Positions 10,801 to 20,437 are shown, counted from the stretch's first letter. The stretch: 64,000 bases of DNA from an uncultured Gammaproteobacteria bacterium (GCA_965231135.1 OZ246419.1:8411-72410), one strand, 5' to 3'. The notes: generated from the letters alone by a model not told the origin. Numbers and translations are program-made.

Positions 10801-11338
10801 GGATTAACTTTTGTATAGTCCAATTTATAACAGGTTTTTCATCAGCTGTGAAGTCTTGTAAAACATACTTGTCTCCAGGAATGCGACCTTTCGATTCACT
10901 TTGTTCACTCAAGGCCTGACGGTTTTCAATTCCAATTCTAATTCTTCCAAATTGATCAGTTCCTAATTCATCGATAATACTTTGAATGCCATTATGGACT
11001 TTTGGACCTTTTCCAAACTGGATTTTATATTCACCGAGGGCTATATCTAAATCATCGTGAACGATATATAGATCTTTTAAATCTAATTTATATGCATCAA
11101 CTAATTTTTTAACTGAAATACCTGAATCGTTCATATACTTTAAGGGCTTTGCAAGACATGCAAACGGAGAATAATCCCAAATAATGCTTTGTAGAAATTT
11201 TTCAGAATTTGCTCCTGGTTTTCTTTTATATTTTGTTTTAAGGTTTTCGTTCATTGCGTCAATAAATTTGTAGCCAATGTTATGACGAGTATTAAAATAT
11301 TTGGCTTCTGGATTTCCAAGACCAACAAGAAGTTTCAT
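10766..11338 (-). CDS. pth: Peptidyl-tRNA hydrolase
   Basis: LVGLGNP...TRHNIG, YMNDSG, VHDDLD, HNGIQSI, RIRIGI. Confidence 0.95.
   Translation of the reverse strand: MKLLVGLGNPEAKYFNTRHNIGYKFIDAMNENLKTKYKRKPGANSEKFLQSIIWDYSPFACLAKPLKYMNDSGISVKKLVDAYKLDLKDLYIVHDDLDIALGEYKIQFGKGPKVHNGIQSIIDELGTDQFGRIRIGIENRQALSEQSESKGRIPGDKYVLQDFTADEKPVINWTIQKLIHDEFFESLRYA
10886..10916. repeat. REP-like small element inserted in-frame in pth
   Basis: acctttcgattcactttgttcactcaaggcc encodes the extra peptide ALSEQSESKG in a Pth loop. Confidence 0.5.
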
Positions 11339-11383
11339 ATGGGTATTGTAACAGAAAACGAATTTGTATATATTATTTAAATT

Positions 11384-11692
11384 ATGACAGTTGAAGGAAC
11401 TTATGAGAAATCTGTGAGATCTTATAACATTTATTGTGATTTTTTGGACACAGCTATAGACGTAACATTTCCCGGATTAATACAAAGACTAAAAGAACTT
11501 TCAAAACTTGATTGGGAGGAAGGATTGGATCTTGGGCTTGCTAAACTTGAAGCTCGAGATTCATTAAAAGCAAATGGAACTTTTAATGAGGAGGAGATGC
11601 GAGAAAAAGCCTGTCAATTAGTTTACGAAGATGAACAGACCATACAAGATGCAATTAATGAATATAGACAGAGTTTGAGTAACTCCAGTTAA
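11384..11692 (+). CDS. Hypothetical acidic protein (orphan)
   Basis: 102-aa ORF divergent from pth. Confidence 0.55.
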   Translation: MTVEGTYEKSVRSYNIYCDFLDTAIDVTFPGLIQRLKELSKLDWEEGLDLGLAKLEARDSLKANGTFNEEEMREKACQLVYEDEQTIQDAINEYRQSLSNSS

Positions 11693-11708
11693 TTGGGCAG
11701 GAATTAAA

Positions 11709-12121
11709 TTATTCTACGAATTCATGAAAAGGAATGTTTCTTGTTGCTTGTCCCATTACGATTCCTTTTGATGCACAGATTCGATATGAATGTGCTATTT
11801 GGAAATTATGTCTTTTGTCTTGTTCATCGGTATCTCTTTGAAAAGTTTTAACTACTTTGACGTATTCTGGGTTGGTTAAATGTCTAAGAGAAAAATCAAA
11901 AGCAATTTTTAAGTCGCTTTCTGTTGTTAAATTAAATGGTTTATGTTTTTCCATCAATAGTTATTTCTTTGCTACACAAACTTACTATTCCATTTATTAA
12001 GATGTCTGAATTAGTTTGTATTATATCTTCCTGTGTTGTTGTTTGAGGTCTAAATTCTCTGGCAGATTCTTTTGTTTTAAAAGAATTTCTTCTTGTTCGT
12101 TGATCTGAAAAACATGCTCAT
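11709..12121 (-). pseudogene. Probable frameshifted orphan gene (includes ORF 11709..11957)
   Basis: TATAAT at 12132-12137, ATG at 12121/12115. Removing one base from a T5 run (~12110) and one from an A5 run (~11948) joins three frames into one ORF of about 135 aa. Confidence 0.45.
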
Positions 12122-12145
12122 GATAGTGAATATTATATTCTTGAC

Positions 12146-14038
12146 TCATTTATTCTCACCTGCCTTGGACTTATTTTTATCTCCAACTATTTTTTCAAAT
12201 TGATCACGGTCTAGAGTTTCGTCTTTTAATAAGCTTAAAGCAACTGCGTCTAATTTCTTTCTTTCTTTTTTCAAAACTGCAACTGCGGTTTTATGAGCGG
12301 TATCCATAAACTTTTTAACTTCCAAATCAATTTTTTCCTGCATAGCTGGTGAAACACTTGAAGCTTCGGTCCAGTTTACATTTCCAAAGTCATCATAACC
12401 TGTTTGGGCACCCATATTGATTGGGCCTAAATCGCTCATTCCAAAATCTGTGACCATGGCTCTTGCAAGTCTTGTGGCATTTTCAATGTCATTGCTCGCT
12501 CCTGCAGTTATATCGTTAAATATAATTTCTTCAGCAGCCCGGCCTCCCATCATTGCTGCAAGCTGTGCTTCAAAATGTTTTTTAGTTTCATGAGTGCGAT
12601 CTGCTGCTGGCGGAATTAAGGTGTGACCTAAACTCATACCGCGTGCCACAATTGAAATTCTATGAACTGGATCCATATTGGGAATTGAATTTGTGACAAT
12701 AGCATGGCCGCCTTCATGATAAGCAGTAATACGCCTATCTTCTTCACTTTGAAGACGATGCCTCGCTGGGCCCATTTTAACTTTAGTTGCAGCTTCTTCT
12801 ACATCTTCCATATTAATTTCTTTTTTGTCTGCACGAGCTGCAGCAATTGCTGCTTCATTTAGCATATTTTCCAAATCAGCTCCTGAAAAACCAACTGTAC
12901 GGTCTGCAATTCTGTCCCAATTAATATCTTTGACAAATTTTTTACCACGAGCATGAATTTGCAAAATTGCTTTTCTGCCGTCTTTATCTGGCATATCAAG
13001 AGTAATTCTTCTATCAAAACGGCCAGGCCTTAAAAGCGCCGGATCAAGCAAATCTCCACGATTGGTTGCTGCCATAACAATAACATTGTCATTTGGAGTG
13101 AAGCCGTCCATTTCTACCAAGATTTGATTTAAAGTTTGTTCTCTTTCATCATGACCGCCGACAAAACCGCTTCGACCTCGTTGACGGCCAATTGCATCAA
13201 TTTCATCGATAAAAATTATAGAAGGAGCAGCTGCTTTGGCATTTGCAAATAAATCTCTAACGCGGCTTGCACCAACTCCAACAAGCATTTCCATAAATTC
13301 AGAACCTGCCATGCTGAAAAACGGAACATTTGCTTCACCTGCTACTGCTCTTGCAAGCAAAGTTTTTCCAACTCCTGCCGGGCCAAATAATAAAACTCCT
13401 TTTGGAGTCCTGGCACCAATAGCGCGGTATTTTGCAGGATGTTTTAGAAAATCAACAATTTCTTCTAATTCTTTTTTGGCTTCATCAACTCCTGCAACAT
13501 CTTTAAAAGTAATAGTTTGTTTGCCTTTAGCAAATAATTTTGCCTTACTTCTTCCAAAGGAAAAAATGTCTCCTGCATTTCTGGTTTGCATTCTAAAAAG
13601 TAAATAAATAATTCCGCCTGTGAATAAAACCGGTAAAACAATTCCTGCAACATCGCCAAGAGTTTTACTTATTGTTTGGTCTTGAATAGTGTAATTTACA
13701 CTTGAAGGATCGATGTTTGCTCTGCTTAAAATTTCTGTAAAGCTAATTGTGTCTTCTTTGGTTGCAGTCTTTGTACTGCCGTTTTTGTAATCAAAAGTTA
13801 AAGTATCATTATCAACTTCAACTTTACTTACTTTTCCACCTTTAATATCATCTAAGCCTACCGATAAAGGAATTTCTGAACTTTGGATTTGATTCTGGAA
13901 AAAAGCTAAAACAAAAGGAGCAATCGTTAGGAAAATTAAAATTGCAATACCAACTCGAAATAAATTTATTTTTACTTTGATGCCTTTCTGGGGAATCTTG
14001 GGAATTTTTGAATTATTTTTTTTATTTTCGTCTTCCAT
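12146..14038 (-). CDS. ftsH: ATP-dependent zinc metalloprotease FtsH
   Basis: Two TMs, GPAGVGKT, IIFIDEID, PALLRPGRFDR, HEGGH. Confidence 0.97.
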   Translation of the reverse strand: MEDENKKNNSKIPKIPQKGIKVKINLFRVGIAILIFLTIAPFVLAFFQNQIQSSEIPLSVGLDDIKGGKVSKVEVDNDTLTFDYKNGSTKTATKEDTISFTEILSRANIDPSSVNYTIQDQTISKTLGDVAGIVLPVLFTGGIIYLLFRMQTRNAGDIFSFGRSKAKLFAKGKQTITFKDVAGVDEAKKELEEIVDFLKHPAKYRAIGARTPKGVLLFGPAGVGKTLLARAVAGEANVPFFSMAGSEFMEMLVGVGASRVRDLFANAKAAAPSIIFIDEIDAIGRQRGRSGFVGGHDEREQTLNQILVEMDGFTPNDNVIVMAATNRGDLLDPALLRPGRFDRRITLDMPDKDGRKAILQIHARGKKFVKDINWDRIADRTVGFSGADLENMLNEAAIAAARADKKEINMEDVEEAATKVKMGPARHRLQSEEDRRITAYHEGGHAIVTNSIPNMDPVHRISIVARGMSLGHTLIPPAADRTHETKKHFEAQLAAMMGGRAAEEIIFNDITAGASNDIENATRLARAMVTDFGMSDLGPINMGAQTGYDDFGNVNWTEASSVSPAMQEKIDLEVKKFMDTAHKTAVAVLKKERKKLDAVALSLLKDETLDRDQFEKIVGDKNKSKAGENK

Positions 14039-14098
14039 AATTTATTAAAAGCTAAGCTTGCGAGAGTTATATTAGCACACAAAGTAGACAAGCGCTAG

Positions 14099-14449
14099 TT
14101 AGAGTACTTTACTGCCGTTTTCCACTTTTTCTTTTAGATTAAATAAAGCTGGTTTGTCTTCTTCTGTCTCGCCAGTAGAGACTGCCATGAGCATTCCATT
14201 ACTATAATCTCCTTGCGGTCCTATCTTTTTGGGAACTAAATTTACAACAAATGGAAATTGTTTATTTTCCAAATCTTTGGCTTTATAAAACTTCATAATT
14301 CCAGAAAAAATAATTTTCTCACCAATTTCTGATCCAAAATCAATTGTAAGCTTTATTACCCAATGAGACCACTCTGGCACTTCTGCTTTTTTTACAGTTC
14401 CAATTCTAATATCAACTTTGCCAAAATCCTGAATTGTAATGTGATCCAT
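14099..14449 (-). CDS. Stand-alone tRNA-binding OB-fold protein (Trbp111/CsaA/MetG C-terminal-like)
   Basis: ITIQDFGKVDIRIGTV, IFSGI, VVNLVPKKI, SNGML; ATG at 14449. Confidence 0.85.
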   Translation of the reverse strand: MDHITIQDFGKVDIRIGTVKKAEVPEWSHWVIKLTIDFGSEIGEKIIFSGIMKFYKAKDLENKQFPFVVNLVPKKIGPQGDYSNGMLMAVSTGETEEDKPALFNLKEKVENGSKVL

Positions 14450-14450
14450 A

Positions 14451-15440
14451 TTATTTATTAACGACAAAACCTAATTTCTTATATGTTTCTTGTAATTTTG
14501 GATGAGAAAGTTTAAATGATTTCTCGCTTCCTGCTTTTAATATTTCTAGAACTTTATTATTATCGTCAAATTCACTGTATTTTTCCTGAAAATCTGAAAG
14601 AAAATCGCCAACAATAATTGAAACTGCTTCTTTAAATTCTTTATATGACTTACCAGCAAATTCACTTTCAATTTCTTCGATGCTTTGGCCTGATAATTGA
14701 TTCATAATTTCTATTAAATTAGAAATTCCCGGTTTTTCTTTCCAATTATATTTAATTTGATTATCGCTATCAGTTGTTGCTGACATAATTTTTTTCTTTG
14801 CAATTGATGGATCATCTAATAAATAAATAGTTGCATTTGGATTAGTATCTGATTTGCTCATTTTTTTAGTTGGATCAACTAAGCTCATGATTCTACCTCC
14901 TGCGGACGGAATCACTGGCTTAGGAATTACAAAAGTTTCACCGAACTTTGAATTAAAGCGCTCAGCAATATCTCTTGTTAATTCAACATGTTGTTTTTGG
15001 TCTTCGCCTACTGGAACTTCTGTCGTGTCATACAACAAAATATCTGCTGCCATTAAGGCTGGATAATCAAAAAGTCCAGCGCTTACAAAATCTTTTCCTT
15101 CGCTTTTGTCTTTATACTGAGTCATGCGATTAAGTTGGCCCATTGAAACGAAGCAATTTAGAATCCAACCAAGATTTGCATGGTCCGGGTTATGAGATTG
15201 AAGAAATAAAATATTTTTATCCGGATCAATTCCTGATGCCAAATAAATTTTTGCTAATTCTAAAGATTTGCTATGCAACTTTTCTGGCTCCTGCGGAACT
15301 GTGATTGCATGCATATCCACAATGCAAAAAATATTTAACCCATCATTTTGGCCTTTGACCCATTGACTAATAGAGCCGATATAATTTCCAATGTGAAGAT
15401 TTCCAGATGGCTGAATACCCGAGAAAACAATTTTGTCCAT
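14451..15440 (-). CDS. trpS: Tryptophan--tRNA ligase
   Basis: SGIQPSG, HIGN, YPALMAADIL, VPVGEDQKQH, KMSKS. Confidence 0.97.
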   Translation of the reverse strand: MDKIVFSGIQPSGNLHIGNYIGSISQWVKGQNDGLNIFCIVDMHAITVPQEPEKLHSKSLELAKIYLASGIDPDKNILFLQSHNPDHANLGWILNCFVSMGQLNRMTQYKDKSEGKDFVSAGLFDYPALMAADILLYDTTEVPVGEDQKQHVELTRDIAERFNSKFGETFVIPKPVIPSAGGRIMSLVDPTKKMSKSDTNPNATIYLLDDPSIAKKKIMSATTDSDNQIKYNWKEKPGISNLIEIMNQLSGQSIEEIESEFAGKSYKEFKEAVSIIVGDFLSDFQEKYSEFDDNNKVLEILKAGSEKSFKLSHPKLQETYKKLGFVVNK

Positions 15441-15476
15441 GACCTGATTGTAATTGATTGAAGGAAGAATTGGAAG

Positions 15477-15761
15477 TTATCTTTCTTTAGAAAACGGCAA
15501 CATCTTTGCGAACAAGTCTTGGTCTCGGTAAATCGGCAACGAACCACCGGTTCTTTCATGGTGCATTTGTAAATATCTGTAAATGTGATTTCCGTCATTA
15601 TTAGAAAGAGCTGGGTATGTTAATTTATCTCCTTCTTTGAAATTAAAAAGTCGAGATTCTTTGTTTATTCTTTCTGCTCCTTCTTTTGAAAAGACAAATT
15701 GTGTCCCTTTTTTAGGTTTAATTGTTTCGCTTTCTAAAAAATCGTTAATACTTGGTGACAT
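15477..15761 (-). CDS. Hypothetical protein (orphan)
   Basis: ATG at 15761 preceded by TATACT; the longer TTG start lies inside the tRNA. Confidence 0.5.
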   Translation of the reverse strand: MSPSINDFLESETIKPKKGTQFVFSKEGAERINKESRLFNFKEGDKLTYPALSNNDGNHIYRYLQMHHERTGGSLPIYRDQDLFAKMLPFSKER

Positions 15762-15800
15762 TAGTTGAAGTATAGAATTTATTTTACTGAAATCAAATAG

Positions 15801-15873
15801 TGCCAACGGGTAGAATCGGACTACCGACCGCAGCGTTATGAATGCTGTGCTCTAACCACTGAGCTACGTTGGC
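15801..15873 (-). tRNA. tRNA-Met(CAT), elongator-like
   Basis: GCCAACG/CGTTGGC acceptor stem, GCTC/GAGC D stem, anticodon loop TTCATAA, T arm GGTAG-TCCGATT-CTACC; CCA not encoded. Confidence 0.9.
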
Positions 15874-15900
15874 AATAAGCGTATTTTACTAAAAAAAGAG

Positions 15901-16353
15901 TTAAATTCCTAACTTTTCTTTATAAAGTTTAAGGAACAGTGGAAATTGAGAATGAATTTCTTTTGGTAAATCTTTAACAGAAAACATTTTTACGTCATCA
16001 AATTTATGCGGTTCGCCATTTTTTACTTTTGAAGGATCGATTAGAACTTTAAAATCTAAAGCAATCCAATGAGTTGGTTTATTGTTATTAATTCTATGAA
16101 CATCTCTATATCCTAAAAATTCGTAATCCAAAACATCTGTGCCATATTCTTGTTGTATTTCTTGTCTTAAGGTATTTTCAACGGTATCACCAAATTCAAT
16201 TCCACCGCCGCCAATATCCCATACTCCTTTTTCGTCTCTTGCGTTTTGTCCTCTTTTTGACATAACGACGTTTCCTTTGCCATCATGGCAGAAAAAAACT
16301 ACGCAATTTCCTATGAAGTCCTCACCTTTTTTAAGTTCTTTCACCTCAATCAT
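15901..16353 (-). CDS. NUDIX hydrolase
   Basis: WDIGGGGIEFGDTVENTLRQEIQQEYG Nudix box variant; NGEPHKFD. Confidence 0.88.
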   Translation of the reverse strand: MIEVKELKKGEDFIGNCVVFFCHDGKGNVVMSKRGQNARDEKGVWDIGGGGIEFGDTVENTLRQEIQQEYGTDVLDYEFLGYRDVHRINNNKPTHWIALDFKVLIDPSKVKNGEPHKFDDVKMFSVKDLPKEIHSQFPLFLKLYKEKLGI

Positions 16354-16358
16354 TCGTG

Positions 16359-16427
16359 TTGCGGGGCTAGGAGTTGCGCCTAGCCTGAGAGATTATGAGC
16401 CTCCCGTGCACTGTACACTACCCCGCA
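16359..16427 (-). tRNA. tRNA-Met(CAT), divergent initiator-like
   Basis: TGCGGGG/CCCCGCA acceptor stem as in tRNA-fMet, short D arm GTGT-ACAGT-GCAC, loop CTCATAA, T arm CTAGG-CGCAACT-CCTAG; TATAAT just upstream. Confidence 0.8.
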
Positions 16428-16442
16428 TGTGAGCGTATTATA

Positions 16443-16808
16443 TCACAAAAATAGCTTCAACCAATCACGCCAAACTGGATCTGGGAGAGAATAAGTCTTA
16501 ACTTCTACTTTTGGGGCAAGAGCTTTGAGACTATTTTCATCGGGAAGAACCACTACAATTTCCCCTTTTTTGGCTAAACCAAGTTTATCCCGAGCTTGAC
16601 TTTCGATAAATTGCGGGGTTTGGACGCTTTGAAGCTCACTATTTAAAATTTCGTTTTGCTTTTGGAGTGCTATTACTTTTACTTCTTCATCAGTTATTTT
16701 ACTTCCAGAACCAGTGATTTTTACAATACTTTTGATAAGAGAAAAAGCCAATAAAACGGCTAAAAAAAGCGATAAAACTTGTAATAATGATTTGATTCTG
16801 GTTAACAT
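16443..16808 (-). CDS. Septum formation initiator (FtsB/DivIC family)
   Basis: TM, coiled coil, FIESQARDKLGLAKKGE. Confidence 0.85.
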   Translation of the reverse strand: MLTRIKSLLQVLSLFLAVLLAFSLIKSIVKITGSGSKITDEEVKVIALQKQNEILNSELQSVQTPQFIESQARDKLGLAKKGEIVVVLPDENSLKALAPKVEVKTYSLPDPVWRDWLKLFL

Positions 16809-16826
16809 TGTGCTAATATATAGGAT

Positions 16827-17690
16827 ATGGCGAACACAGAGCCTATTAATAATATATTACCTAAATTTATCGATGATTTAAAAGAGAAACATCGATCACC
16901 TGCTACTATTTTAGCTTACAGAGCAGACCTTGACCAGTTAATTAATTATTTGACTGAAAAGAATAAGGCTATGCCTGAAAATGTTAAAAAAGAGGATATT
17001 GAAGGATTTAGGGATTATTTGCTTTCACAAAAATATACACCAAAATCTACAAGCCGAAAATTAAACGCTGTAAAGACCTTTTTTAGGTGGATGGTTGAGA
17101 AACAAATAATTTTGGTTGACCCAAGCAAAGAAGTAACTCATCCAAAATTAACTGTAAGTAATCCAAAGTTTTTGAGTGAACTTGAGTATAGAGCACTTCG
17201 AGATGTAGTACGAGCAGACAGACGAATTGCAACAATTGTAGAACTTATTTTACAAACAGGACTTCGTATTTCAGAGGTCGCAAACTTAAAAGTTGCAAAC
17301 GTTAAAGATGCAGAGATAACTATTGAAGCATACGCAACACAACCAACCAGAAACGTGCCTTTAAATAAACTTGCAAAAATGGCATTAACAAACTATTTAA
17401 TTGAAGTTCCAAAAGATTCTACTTTTGTTTTTATAAGCAAAAACGGGAAGCAACTTGCTATCAGGAATATTCGCGCTTCGGTTGACAGATATATTCAAAA
17501 AGCTGGAATTGGAAAATTTTCAGTAAATGACTTAAGAACAACTTTTATTATTGAAAACTTAAAGCGCGGAGTTGATTTGGTTACTATAAGTCAAGTTGCA
17601 GGACACAAAAGACTTTCTACAACAGAGCGCTATTTGGAACTTGTTGAGATAAAAGAAACAGGAAAGAAACAGTACCTTGAAGAACTTTAA
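16827..17690 (+). CDS. XerC/D-like tyrosine recombinase
   Basis: N-terminal SPATILAYRADL, TGLRISEV, NDLRTTF, GHKRLSTTERY. Confidence 0.88.
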   Translation: MANTEPINNILPKFIDDLKEKHRSPATILAYRADLDQLINYLTEKNKAMPENVKKEDIEGFRDYLLSQKYTPKSTSRKLNAVKTFFRWMVEKQIILVDPSKEVTHPKLTVSNPKFLSELEYRALRDVVRADRRIATIVELILQTGLRISEVANLKVANVKDAEITIEAYATQPTRNVPLNKLAKMALTNYLIEVPKDSTFVFISKNGKQLAIRNIRASVDRYIQKAGIGKFSVNDLRTTFIIENLKRGVDLVTISQVAGHKRLSTTERYLELVEIKETGKKQYLEEL

Positions 17691-18019
17691 TTGTTAACTT
17701 TTGAGAGAAACTGACGAGCAAATTTTCCCAAAACTGGGATTTCCCATTCCTCTCCTTGCCAGGCCTTGTAAACCAAGACTAACCAAAGAATAAATGCTGC
17801 AATAAAGAAAATTGGAGCGAAAAATAAGAGAATAATTGTAAATCCAAGAACCATCCAAATTAAAGTAGTTGCAACCCAGAAAACGATTGATTGCATAGCG
17901 TGAAACCTGACGTATTTATCTTTTTCGATCATTAAAAATGCTATTCCGCCAAGAAGAGGGATAATGTAGCTAAGTGCTGCTTCTTCGTTTTTACCTAAAC
18001 CTGTTGGGTTTGCTGCCAT
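17687..18019 (-). CDS. DUF4870-like membrane protein
   Basis: AALSY...EKDKYVRFHAMQS...KAWQGEEWEIPVLG. Confidence 0.8.
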   Translation of the reverse strand: MAANPTGLGKNEEAALSYIIPLLGGIAFLMIEKDKYVRFHAMQSIVFWVATTLIWMVLGFTIILLFFAPIFFIAAFILWLVLVYKAWQGEEWEIPVLGKFARQFLSKVNN

Positions 18020-18089
18020 GACTTAATAATAATGACTTGAATGTTGGTTGGTCAAGAGGAAGAATAAAAAAACGTGATATAATTTCAAC

Positions 18090-18563
18090 ATGAAGAATTC
18101 TAAAAAAGCCATGTTTGTGGCAAATATTGGCTTATACAATGGAGAGTTAGTAGAAGATGTTTGTAATAAATTTGGAATTACCAAGCATACTTTAAAAAAT
18201 TATATCAATCTTTATGGTGGTGGTTGTATAAAAATTAGTAGAGATGGATATTTATCTGTAAGTGAGAGCTGGAACGAGCTTAATTCTATAAATTCTACTG
18301 ATGGTAGTTTTACCAAAAACATACAGATTGCAGAAAGTGCTAATGGAGCACGAGAAAGAATAAAAAATGATATAAATTATTTACCGATTGGCGGACTGGC
18401 GAAAAATCACGACTTACTTAATTTAGGAAGAAGAGATATTGCAGATTTAATATTCACCACTATAGAAGAAATGTTAGAAGCGGATTCTGACGAAGGAAAT
18501 TTGTATATTATTGATGAAATAAGACGAAATGGAACAATTGGTGGTTCGGAGAGATTAGGCTGA
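18090..18563 (+). CDS. Hypothetical protein (orphan), possible N-terminal HTH
   Basis: VEDVCNKFGITKHTLKNYI is HTH-like; TATAAT 6 nt before the ATG. Confidence 0.55.
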   Translation: MKNSKKAMFVANIGLYNGELVEDVCNKFGITKHTLKNYINLYGGGCIKISRDGYLSVSESWNELNSINSTDGSFTKNIQIAESANGARERIKNDINYLPIGGLAKNHDLLNLGRRDIADLIFTTIEEMLEADSDEGNLYIIDEIRRNGTIGGSERLG

Positions 18564-20240
18564 TTATTTCTTTTGAAGTTTGTATAAACTTTCAACTTCT
18601 TTTAATGTAGTTGCATCTTTCACTTCTTTGTCATCACGAAAGTTGACGAGGCGAGGGAAACGAAGAGCATACTTACTTGTGTGATTTGGACTAATTGTTA
18701 AATCATCGGCTGCAATTTCAACAACCACTTTTGGCTCGACAAAATAATCTGGCTCCAGTATTTTATTTACCTCATATTCTTTTGGTTTGTCTTTTACTAC
18801 TAACTTTTCCAATCTGGTTTTTAGTTCTTTAAACTGTTCGTCTGTTAAACCAGTTCCAACTTTTGTGATAGTTTTAATCTTGTCACCATCTAAAATTCCT
18901 ACTAAAAATTGGCCAATACCAAAACCTGCTCTTTTCCCTTTTCCGACTGTGTAACCCATGACAACGCAATCAACAGTATCTGATAGTTTACCTTGAGCAG
19001 ACTCGGCCTGCTTCATTTTTACCCATCGCCAACCTGTACGGCCTGGAACATATGTGCTATCTGCTTTTTTGACCATAATTCCCTCTAATCCTTTTTTAAT
19101 ATAATCTTCGTGCAATTTTGCGATTTCTTTTGGATCTGTTGTTGTTATTTCTTCATCGACTTTTAATAATTCGCCTGATTTAACTGTATCTCTTAGGATT
19201 TTTCGCCTTTCTAAATATGGTTTGTCCATTAAATTAACGCCATCTTTATATAAAATATCAAAACAATAAAAATTGGCAGGAATTTTTGTTGCAATTTCTG
19301 CAATATCGTGTTTGCGGCGACGAGTCATTATTGTCTGAAAATCTAAAATCTTTTTTGTTTCTTCATCGATACCAATTCCTTCAGAATCCAAAATTACCTC
19401 CTTTGCTTTTAAATGTTTACTTAGGTTTGCTAATTCTGGAAACATTAGAGAAATATTATGAAGATTTCTAGTGAACGCAAAGTACTCGCCATCTTTAAAA
19501 TGGATTTGGACACGAAGCCCGTCAAATTTTGGCTCAACTGCCACTTCTCCCATTTTTTCCAACATTTCCCGTGGACTATTTAATCTTTGAGCAAGCATGG
19601 GAGAAACTGGAATACCAATTTTGGGAGATGGGTGCATTGGCAGTTCTTTTGCAATCAAACCAATATCGGGCATGACTTCAAAAGCTTTTACAAGGCGTGA
19701 CTTTTTGGATTTGTCACCAAACTTACTAATGGCAAGAGCATCAATAATTGTTTTTTCTGAAAAACCTAATCTTAGTTTTCCAAGAGGAATTCTAGTAATA
19801 AACTTTGCGGAAAGCGGATCAACTGATTTTAGAATATCTGCAATTTTATTAACACGTCTTTCCTGACTACCAACTCCTTCTTCGATTGCCGCTTCGCGCA
19901 ATCGGTTGAACACCTCTGAAACGCTTAAACCACTATCTTTATTTTTGGAAAGTTTTTCTGATACTAGACCAAGATCTCCAAGCTTTTTATATTCATCTTT
20001 AACTTTTTCTATTTTTTCATTAAATGCCAAGGAGATACTTCTAATTATCATCTGGTCTGCAGCATTAAAAACAATTCCTCTGAAACTTGGCGCTAAAATG
20101 CCAAGCGATAAGTATATAACCTTATCGATTTCATTTTTGTCAGATTTTTTTAAAAGATCTGCTAATATATCCGTAATTTTTAATCTGGAAGAAGTTTCTT
20201 CTAATTTCTCGAGATATTTTGAAAATTCATTAAATTTCAT
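18564..20240 (-). CDS. lig: ATP-dependent DNA ligase (archaeal/eukaryal type with N-terminal DNA-binding domain)
   Basis: PMLA, EPKFDGLR (motif I), EGIMVK, WVKMK, VGTGLTD, LRFPR...RDDK. Confidence 0.95.
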   Translation of the reverse strand: MKFNEFSKYLEKLEETSSRLKITDILADLLKKSDKNEIDKVIYLSLGILAPSFRGIVFNAADQMIIRSISLAFNEKIEKVKDEYKKLGDLGLVSEKLSKNKDSGLSVSEVFNRLREAAIEEGVGSQERRVNKIADILKSVDPLSAKFITRIPLGKLRLGFSEKTIIDALAISKFGDKSKKSRLVKAFEVMPDIGLIAKELPMHPSPKIGIPVSPMLAQRLNSPREMLEKMGEVAVEPKFDGLRVQIHFKDGEYFAFTRNLHNISLMFPELANLSKHLKAKEVILDSEGIGIDEETKKILDFQTIMTRRRKHDIAEIATKIPANFYCFDILYKDGVNLMDKPYLERRKILRDTVKSGELLKVDEEITTTDPKEIAKLHEDYIKKGLEGIMVKKADSTYVPGRTGWRWVKMKQAESAQGKLSDTVDCVVMGYTVGKGKRAGFGIGQFLVGILDGDKIKTITKVGTGLTDEQFKELKTRLEKLVVKDKPKEYEVNKILEPDYFVEPKVVVEIAADDLTISPNHTSKYALRFPRLVNFRDDKEVKDATTLKEVESLYKLQKK

Positions 20241-20437
20241 TATTTTTGATAATAACGAGTGAAGAAAATATATGCAATAGCAACGACACCGAGAAAAACG
20301 AGACCAAAAATAATATTAATTAAACCACTATTATCTTCTGTTGTGATTTTGTGAACTCCTTCACCAATCATTGTTAGACCAAAAAGACCTGGCAAAACTA
20401 AAATCATGAATAAAAATTGCGGATCACTTATTGGCAT
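20240..20437 (-). CDS. Small two-TM membrane protein
   Basis: 65 aa, overlaps both the Fic gene and the ligase. Confidence 0.65.
   Translation of the reverse strand: MPISDPQFLFMILVLPGLFGLTMIGEGVHKITTEDNSGLINIIFGLVFLGVVAIAYIFFTRYYQK

Noticed and set aside
15762-15806. ORF extension starting at TTG inside tRNA-Met
   Set aside because: It overlaps the tRNA acceptor stem; an ATG with its own -10 box exists at 15761.
16827-17690. Integron or prophage integrase near two tRNAs
   Set aside because: No IntI-specific insertion, attC-like repeats, duplicated tRNA 3' end or phage genes were found.
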